Below, piece by piece: positions 52,060 to 60,000 of a stretch of 60,000 bases of DNA (its first letter is position 1; the number at the start of each line of letters is the position of its first letter). The translations under genes were made by a program, and so were the position numbers. This stretch comes from Mobula hypostoma (Eukaryota), in assembly GCF_963921235.1 (NCBI RefSeq), contig NC_086118.1:14820001-14880000 (forward strand), written 5' to 3'. The notes under the pieces were generated by a model, which was not told the origin of the DNA, did not search any database, and saw only the letters and a program-made list of their open reading frames with translations.

Positions 52060-54740
52060 TGTCAGAGTGAGAGAGCGGGAGGGAGAGAGAGAAAGAGAGA
52101 GAAGAAAATTATGCATAATACAGCTACTATATTGACATCCACAGCATAGTAAATTTTAAATTGTCCTATTCAGGCCTAAAGATATAATTGCAGCAGAGAA
52201 TTTCTTATCTTTGTGGGATAACACCTCTCCTGACGGGGGAAGTCTCTCTACTTGACAGGCGAAACTTGCGGCTGCGAAACAATTTCAGGGTCTGGGGCTT
52301 CCTCAGTGGTGGCTTTAGCAGCTGACTGATAGATTTGCAGGAAGTGGTTCTGACAGTTCTAGACATCTTTCTTCTCTAACAGTGGACTCCGCTTTCCTCA
52401 ACTGATCGATGTATTGTCTCCAGATAACTTCGGGCACAATCTCTGTGGTCTGGTTTTGTCCTGAATCTTTCCAACTAGCCACTTTTAATCACCTCTGTAG
52501 TGCCTTGCCAGGACTGCTTGTCCAGAAGAGAAACATTGAAGTTGTTTGTTTGAGGGCCCCTCAATTTCTCTCAGTTGTTTGTCCTGCATACACCTTTTGA
52601 GGAGACACAAGTCTAAAAGCAAGGGATGACCCAGGAACAGTTGAGCTGGTGAGTTGTTCATTGTGGAGTGCACAGCATTACGATATTCAAGGATGAAATT
52701 TGCAGCTTCTGATTCAGTGTCCGTGCTTTGTGTTCTCCTGACATTGCTTGCGGTGCGTTCTTCAGACACTAGGTAACCCCTTCCGCCAAGCCACTTGTAG
52801 CTGGGTGATACGGGTCAGATGTAATATGTCTTATTCCATTCATTTTCAGGAACGACAGAAACAGTTCCACAACAAACTGTGCCCATTGTTATTGGCTAAG
52901 TGTTCAGGAACACAGTCCTTGAGAAGAGGCTTCTCAACACATCAGCAGTATGTGAGGCTATCCTGGAGGCTATTGGGAACAAGTCTGACCACTTTCTAGC
53001 TGCATCCACTTGTACTGAGAAAGTTGTGCCCATGAATGGTCCAGTAAAATCTACATTAATCCTCTGCCAGGGCAATGCAGGGCTTTCCCAGGGGTGGAGA
53101 GGCTTTTGGTATCGTCTGGACATGTTGGCATCCTGAATGGTACATGGCAAGCTGCTTGATCTGTTGGTCTATCCCAGGCCATTAGGCAAAGCTTTGAGCC
53201 AATGCTTTCCTTTTGGCCATGCCTAGAAAATGGACATTTAGCTTCTCCAACACTAGCTCTTAGCTTGTATGGTATAACAACTCTCAATCCTCAGATACGA
53301 CAAACCCGTCAAGGATAAGTTCACCTTGACACTGGTAAAAATGGGGGAAACTGGAATTTCTGCTGCACATTCCAGCCATTTTGGATAGTTATATAGAGCT
53401 GAGAGAGAGTGTGGTACTTTCTGGTTTAATCTCTGCCATAATAGGGAGACATTTGATTGGCATTAGGGAGAATGCATCAAGAGGAGTATCCTCATTTGTA
53501 AATTTTTCAGACATTTCTTTTTCTAATGGTAAACAGTACAATCCATCAGCATTTCCATGATTAGTTACCCTCTTGAATTTGATCTTGTAATTGTGTCTTT
53601 CAAGAAACGGAGCCCATCTCTGCACTTGTCCTGCTGCTGTTAGTAGAACGCCCTTCTGTGGACTGAAAATGGACACCAGTGGTTGATGATAAGTAATGAG
53701 GGAAAACTCTCTTCCATAAAAGTACTGGTTGAAACAGTTTACATGCCAAACCAAGTCAAGGCCTCTCTGTCAACCCGTGCATAATTTTACATGCAGCGGT
53801 AAGGAAACGAGATGCAAAGACTATGGAGTGCTCACTTCCATCACTTATGATATAACTGCACCTATATCATAATGCAAAGCATCTTTGGCAAGCTTCACTG
53901 GAAGATGTGGATCTTAATGTGTCAGTACTGTGTTTGATTGCATTACTTCCTTTACCCTATGGAAAGGCACCCTGCACTGCTTCACCAATTGCCACTTACC
54001 AATCTGTAGTAATGAGTTCAAGGGGTGCAGCACAGTAGTCAGGTTTGTGGGAACCTGGTACAGTAACTGACAAATCCTAAAAAAGATCGCAACTGTGACA
54101 TGTCCTATGGCCTTCGGGCATTCTCCACTGCTTGAATTTTCTCAAGGCACTTGTGCAATCCCTGTGTGTCAATGGAATGACAACAGTAAATCATGCTTGA
54201 TTTAAATAATTCACAATTGTTATGTCATGCGCTGAGCCTGTACTTTTCTAATCTTTTTAAACACTGTCTTGAGATTTTGGAGTTGCTCCTTGCCATCCTT
54301 GCCAGTAACAATGATGTCATCCATGTAACACTGTGCACCTCGCTTCCTCCCAGAGTGCAGGTGTAGGATACTACTCCAAAAGCAAGCCTATTATAGTTAT
54401 AACATTCTTTGTGAGTGTTTCTGATGAGAAAAACTTTGGACTCTTCTTCCATCTCCATCTGTAGATAGGCCTCAGCTAACCATATAACTGAAGTGTCTCA
54501 CTCTAGAAAGGTTTGCAAGCATTTCTTCTATACTGGGCAGAAGGCATTGATATACTTTCAGTACAGGGTTGATGGTGACATTAAAAATCAGCATTGTCCT
54601 GACAGAACCATTCTTAGTGGCTACTGGGACATTTGGTGTTGCCTATGGTCTCAATACAACCTTGGAAAGTATTATCTCAGCCTCCATGTGGTCTGGCTCA
54701 CTGGCTACTTTATTACGGATGATATACGGAACTGGACAGG
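51725..54740 (-). mobile_element. Decayed Gypsy element of the same family: RT, RNase H, integrase, PPT and 3' LTR (~51725-51917); 5' part missing
   Basis: Peptides YNRLAFGV, YFYGREFSLITYHQPL and PWQRINVDFTGPFMG (integrase). PPT (rc agcagggagaag) next to an LTR similar to 56230-56458. Confidence 0.88.
52007..52105. repeat. Compound (TA)n(GA)n microsatellite in the Gypsy 3' UTR
   Basis: Directly visible. The equivalent position in the other copy (58748-58769) has (TA)n only. Confidence 0.95.
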
Positions 54741-55034
54741 CTCAAATCACCCTTAACCTCATTGAAATGGAAAATCGAGCTGGAGATTAATGTGCCTGCT
54801 CCTATTTCCTTGCGCAAGTCACCAATTTTTACATAAGATGGATGGCTTTATTGTTATACTCTAGGTCTTCGTCATAATAGCCCTTATAGCAGAAATTTCA
54901 TCATTTAAGAAAAGAAAAAACTAGGAATTACCAGCAAAGGATTATGTGGAAATAATGTATAAGAAAATGAAGAAAAGAAGCATCCCTGCAGATCAAGAAT
55001 GATGACATTAATTGATTACCCTAACAGTAAGGAT

Positions 55035-55525
55035 CATAGAAAAGTACAGCACAGAAATAGCCCCATCTAGTCAGTGCTAAACCACTTAAAATGCCTACTC
55101 CCATTGACCTGCTCATGGACCACAATGCTCCATACCTTACCATGCATACTTATCCAAACTTCTCTTAAACTTTGAACTCTAGCTCGTATGCACCACTTAC
55201 ACTGGCAACTCATTCCACACTCTCACACAACCTTGAGTGAAGAAGTTTTCCCTCATGTTCCCCTTAAACTTTTCACCTTTCACCATTAACCCATTACTCT
55301 CTTGTTGTAGTCCCACCCTGCCTCCGTGGAAAATGCCTGCTTGCTTTTACCCTATCTATACTCCTCATAATTTTGTTTTACCTCTATCAAATCTCCTCTC
55401 AATCTTCTACGTTCCAAGGAATAAAGTCCTAACCTATTCAATCTTACCTTATAAAACAGGTGCTCTGAAAACATATTCATAAATTTTCTCTGTACTCTTT
55501 CAGCCTTATTTACATCTTTCCTGCA
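55035..55525 (-). mobile_element. CR1 3' fragment
   Basis: Reverse complement resembles 1700-2100. Confidence 0.8.
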
Positions 55526-56229
55526 GCATGAATTTAAAAATGGACTGAAATACAGAAGTTCATTTTAATTGTCTTTATAAAGTCAGGGCTGTTGGTCTTC
55601 AAGCATTTCATATTTTAATTGCAATCTGCACTAGGGAAGGTTTTCACACATTGTACCCTGCTGACTCTTTAAAAGAGCAATCCTAATAATAACTTTCCCA
55701 GAAGTAATATCTGTAACAGTTACATCAACCAGGAACAATATTTTTTTCTGGCCACTTTGTTTAAATGTTTTGACCAGCACTGCATCCAAATCACTGTTCT
55801 GCACTGTGCACTCATCCAAAGCTGTTTTATCTTCTGTGTTCTCTCTTCATCTATTTGACATCTGTTCCTCCTTTTCCCTCAACAAAGGCTTTGTATCACT
55901 TTTCTTCATTTAAGGGACTATATCATGAAAAGCTGTGGTGATAACAACATGGGTCCAAACAAAATAAAACTCTGGTTTGAACAAACAATTTAGACTGTTG
56001 GATAAAACTGTGTCATAGTTCAGGTAAAAATGTTCTGAAATATAAGCCATTTACCTTATTACATTTATGGTTTAATGTGTGTGGTGCGGGAAGTCTAAGT
56101 AAAGTAAATTTCCCAGTATCTAGTAAATTATTACAGTCTGACAGCAAACATTGCTTTGACATATTAAGTGAATGGAAATTGTATAACAGCCAAGTTTTCT
56201 GTTTTTAAAAAGTCTTCCAAGATTGTTGC

Positions 56230-59086
56230 TGTTGTGTATTTAATATTTAGTAATATTTGAGTAATATTGTAAATATATTGCTCCATTAAGCATTTTTTGT
56301 TGTCATTATGTACAAAGAAAATGAATGGTATGCGTTATTACACTACCATGTGATACATGCATATCTCGCTTAAAGTAAACACGACGTTATATTCACATTC
56401 CCAGTCCTGTGTCTTTTTTTTAATTTAGTTTAATGTTTTGGAGTTACAAAACCTAACAGTGGTGACAAGATATTTTTAAAATGAACCCTTGTGACTACTT
56501 ACATGTTGGAGCACAGCGAGATGTTCAATTTTTTTTTAAAAAGCGCAGTGAGACACAGTCAAGTTAGAAGAAAAAGGCACAGTACATTTTCTTTTTCAGA
56601 ACAGCACATTTTCTTCACAAAATGAAAGATGATTGAGTTCTTTTCTTAAAAGGCAGAAAATGGAAGAATTCACAAACAGTGAGTACCGGGTGATAGCAAT
56701 CATTAATAAGGTGAATATGGTTGGCTACATCAGAAAGATAAACACTTTCCATTACACAATGGATAGCTGGCTCATGTTACTGAGCTAATTGAGCAGTATT
56801 TTGTAGCAAATGGAATAGACAATCAGAAGTGAGTGTATTGAGTTTAAAAGGAATACAGTTTGCTTCGAAATTCAACTGCTCCAACCAAACCAGCTGAAAA
56901 GAGTTTTCCTGATATCATGAAAATAATGCAGGAACAATAGAACCAAAATCATTGTTGATTGCAGAATGCTTTAGGTTTCATACACAGAATCAAAAGGAAA
57001 GCAAGTCCACTTCAGTATGCATGGCTGAATTGAAGTAATTATCTGAGCATTGTCAGTTCAGTAATGGGCTTAATGATGCACTGAAAGATCATTTACTTGG
57101 TGGAATCTTATAAGAAAGCTTTCAACAACAGCTCCTAACTGATGCACAGCTTACATTTTAAAAAAGCAGTTGAAACAGATGTATCAATGGAAACAGCAGA
57201 GATGTAATTAAGTTGCAGTCAAGAATGAAAGTATGTCTGCCCAAAATTAAAATGTCTAAACAGAAACTGGGCTAGCCAAACAAATTGTGTTTCCATCATG
57301 GCAGGGACTCACATACAGCAGACCAATGCAGATTTAAAGGCAAAACTTCCAGAAAATGCAACAAAGTAGGACAATTACAAAGGGCACATTTGACAGTCAA
57401 AAATAAATGGACTGCACAGGAAAGAGAAAAAGATAAAAAGTCAAGTTGCAGTTTCATAAAGAGCACTAATCTGCATGTTGTTGATAAAAAATCTGATGAG
57501 AGTGACACAGGACTGAGTAGTCTTGTGATTTACAATATGAAAACAATCAAAAGACAAGCAATATGGCTTACACTAGCAAATTAATGAATGGCAAATTAGT
57601 GAATGGCAAATTAATTACAATGAAATTGGACACTGGCTTGGCTGTGTAAGTTTGAACTGCATTTCAAAGGTACTGAAGTGAAGCCTGCAGCTATCCAACC
57701 AAGAACTTATACTGGAGAAAAAATAACTCCTGTGGGAATGACATACTCAACAATGAAATACAACAACTAACAAGCCACTTTGGGCTTGTAGTGTGCGTGG
57801 TAAAAACAGGAGGACCAGCATTATGGGAAAGAGATTGTCGGAAACAAACCCAACTTAATTGGAGATCCCTCCACCGGTTGCACACTACATTCTCTGCAGG
57901 AGAGTCCATTGAAACTGAATTAAGTACTGGATGATGCCATGTTGTACACCATGAAAAGAGGGAAAACAGGTGTTGCTGCCAACCTCTGTTCCTCTGATTG
58001 GAAAGTAAATTGGACCAAAGTATGGCCATGCTGCTCAGAGGAATTGTGAAAGTGAAAGTGACTAGAACTGTTTTGGTAGGCAATGTATCTGAGAAAGATT
58101 TTGATATGTTAATCATGTAGTTATTTGTGAAATGTCCCATGGTTTTAAGAAAGAAGAGAGTTCAAGGAACTTCAGAAAAGTTGCAAGCATTCGGCTTTTG
58201 TGAGTATAAAGAATCAGAATCTCATCTGCATGCATTTAGATTATTGCATGTATTTCAAATGGGAGACAAAAGCAAAAACTGCTTGTAAAAGTAGATGCAA
58301 AGACCAAAGCCCAGCTGGATGAATGGAAGGCCAAAAATAAATGAGTGAATCGAGATACGAAAACAGATGATTCATCAGAAGATGTTGCAAATCACAAAAA
58401 CAAAAGGAGAGATCAGATTGTAAAGGGAGCAGTACTGTTGAAGGATTAATAAGAGAATACTCCAGTGAACCAAATGTACCTTCCCATGATGATAATGCAC
58501 AAACTAGAAGAAAAGGAAGGAGTAGAAAGGAGTTCAGAGCTGTCAGAACCAATCACCACAGAGAAGGCCCCAGAAACTGAGCCACAAGTCACGTCTGCCA
58601 AGCAGAGTGATCTCCCTTTTCAGGAAAGATGCCATCCCACAAGAGTAAGAAATCCTCCATAGAGATTAAATCTTTGAGTCTGAATGGGACAATATAAAAT
58701 TTACTATGCTGTGGATGTTTACATTTTAGTTGTATTATGTAGTAAACTATATATATATATATATATATAGTAGATGTACAGTATACAAGTTGAGATGCAT
58801 TCTATATTATGTTGGAGCTTTTTCCTAAGGAAGAGAGTTGTGTATTTAATATTTCAGTAATATTTGAGCAATATTGTAAATATATCACTCGATTACGCAT
58901 TCTTTGTTGTTTAGTTAATTCATTATTGTAATATGTATGAAGTATGTGAATGACATCACCTGGTAGCGTGATGATGATATGTGCACACATCGCTTAAAGT
59001 AAAACATTAAGTTACACTCACATTCCCAATCCCATGTCCTTCTTTGAATTAATTTAATGTTTTGGAGTTATAAAACATGCGTAACA
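56230..59086 (+). mobile_element. Internally deleted Gypsy LTR retrotransposon: 5' LTR 56230-56458, PBS, decayed gag and protease, captured RBM25 fragment, PPT, 3' LTR ~58836-59086
   Basis: The LTRs are similar to each other and end in TAACA. TSD GTTGC at 56225-56229 and 59087-59091. PBS tggtgacaagat at 56460, PPT aaggaagag before the 3' LTR. Gag-like IAECFRFH and CCHC remnants; protease MKLDTG. Confidence 0.92.
57970..58520 (+). pseudogene. RBM25: Processed fragment of RBM25 mRNA (RRM domain and flanks) inside the Gypsy element
   Basis: Translates as TVLVGNVSEKDFDMLIM*LFVKC...KRVQGTSEKLQAFGFCEYKESES...RLLH...KLLVKVDAKTKAQLDEWKAK...KRRDQIVKGA...LIREYSSE, matching the RBM25 RRM region. Stops and frameshifts are present; no introns. 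Confidence 0.93.
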
Positions 59087-59400
59087 GTTGCCACTGCTGA
59101 ATCCAAGAATATTGAAGATAGGACAGTCAAAAGGACCAAGTGAAACTTTGAGATTATCCTTAACACAGAGAAAGTATTTAGAAGAATGGATTCTGTTTAA
59201 GAACATGCTTGGAAACAACTCTGTGTTAAAACTAAAATTTATTAAGCTTGTTACTCTTCCTGTAGACTGCTCCTTGTGTGTCACAATACCAGAGGTTAAA
59301 AAAAATGTGTTAGTAGATTATTCCTATTTAATAGTGCAATATGAACATTTTAAAGAGGATAGGTAGATATAGTGATGTGGAAGATATATCAAAATGAATA

Positions 59401-60000
59401 CAGTGGATTCCGGTTAATTGGGCCATTGGTTAACTGGGGCAGCAGTTTATTTGGGACAACTCTTAAAGAACAAACACCAAGTCGAGAAGATAATCAGAAT
59501 TCCCTTTGGTTATTTGGGACAATATGCCATTTAATTGGGGCAGGAGACTGCTGCCGAACAGTCTTTAACATGCACCTGTATAGCAATAAGTCATTCAATG
59601 TGCTTAGAGAGATCAGTTTAAATACTGTCAGTTGCATGTGTTGTATTCAAAAAGCAGTGTTATCTGTCACTGATAGTCAGCGAAAGATAAGCAGCACAGC
59701 AGTTTCAAACGTTCGGATCTGGGGATCCCAGATGCTCCCAGGAGTAAAAATTAAACCAATGCACTACCTCAACAAGTTAGGAGCTACAAAGAATTTGAAG
59801 GTATTGACAATCATCTTGAACATTACTATGAAAATGAAGATTTGGATGATACAATTGTCTACGGCAGTCCATTATCTGCACTAAGTGTCTGCATTGATTT
59901 TGTTCACTTACAGTCAATCAAAACAACATGGCAGATGAATTCCTCCATTGATAACTATTAGGAAATAATACAGAGTTTTATAGCACTGTAGAGGTATTGA
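59401..60000. mobile_element. Second copy of the same DNA transposon, running off the window end
   Basis: ta|cagtggattccggttaattggg terminus; aligns with 49545-50170. Confidence 0.78.

Noticed and set aside
59372..59884. 170-aa ORF and the many other short ORFs in the track
   Set aside because: They fall in non-autonomous repeats or low-complexity DNA and have no recognisable domain.
1..60000. CRISPR arrays, operons or other prokaryotic systems
   Set aside because: The sequence is vertebrate intronic DNA with no regularly spaced repeat-spacer array or bacterial gene organisation.

Overview
Vertebrate intronic DNA, not prokaryotic. The repeat content (CR1, Rex/Babar, Penelope, V-type tRNA SINEs) suggests a cartilaginous fish such as a ray or shark; this assignment is inference. 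The only recognisable host gene is GAS7 on the minus strand, with three consecutive GT-AG coding exons (17600-17689, 15045-15160, 10899-10973) covering the start of the F-BAR domain. Most of the remainder is transposon debris. Two structures stand out. (1) A HERO-type non-LTR retrotransposon (R2 group, restriction-like endonuclease) is present as a greater-than-unit-length insert: a 3' fragment is fused head-to-tail to a full-length copy. Its 3' UTR carries a complete hammerhead ribozyme core in a rearranged, pseudoknotted strand order (5984-6052). (2) A Gypsy element with both LTRs, PBS, PPT and a 5-bp TSD has its RT-RNaseH-integrase region replaced by an intronless RBM25 mRNA fragment (57970-58520). 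All calls were made by eye, and repeat boundaries are approximate unless a TSD or terminus is quoted.
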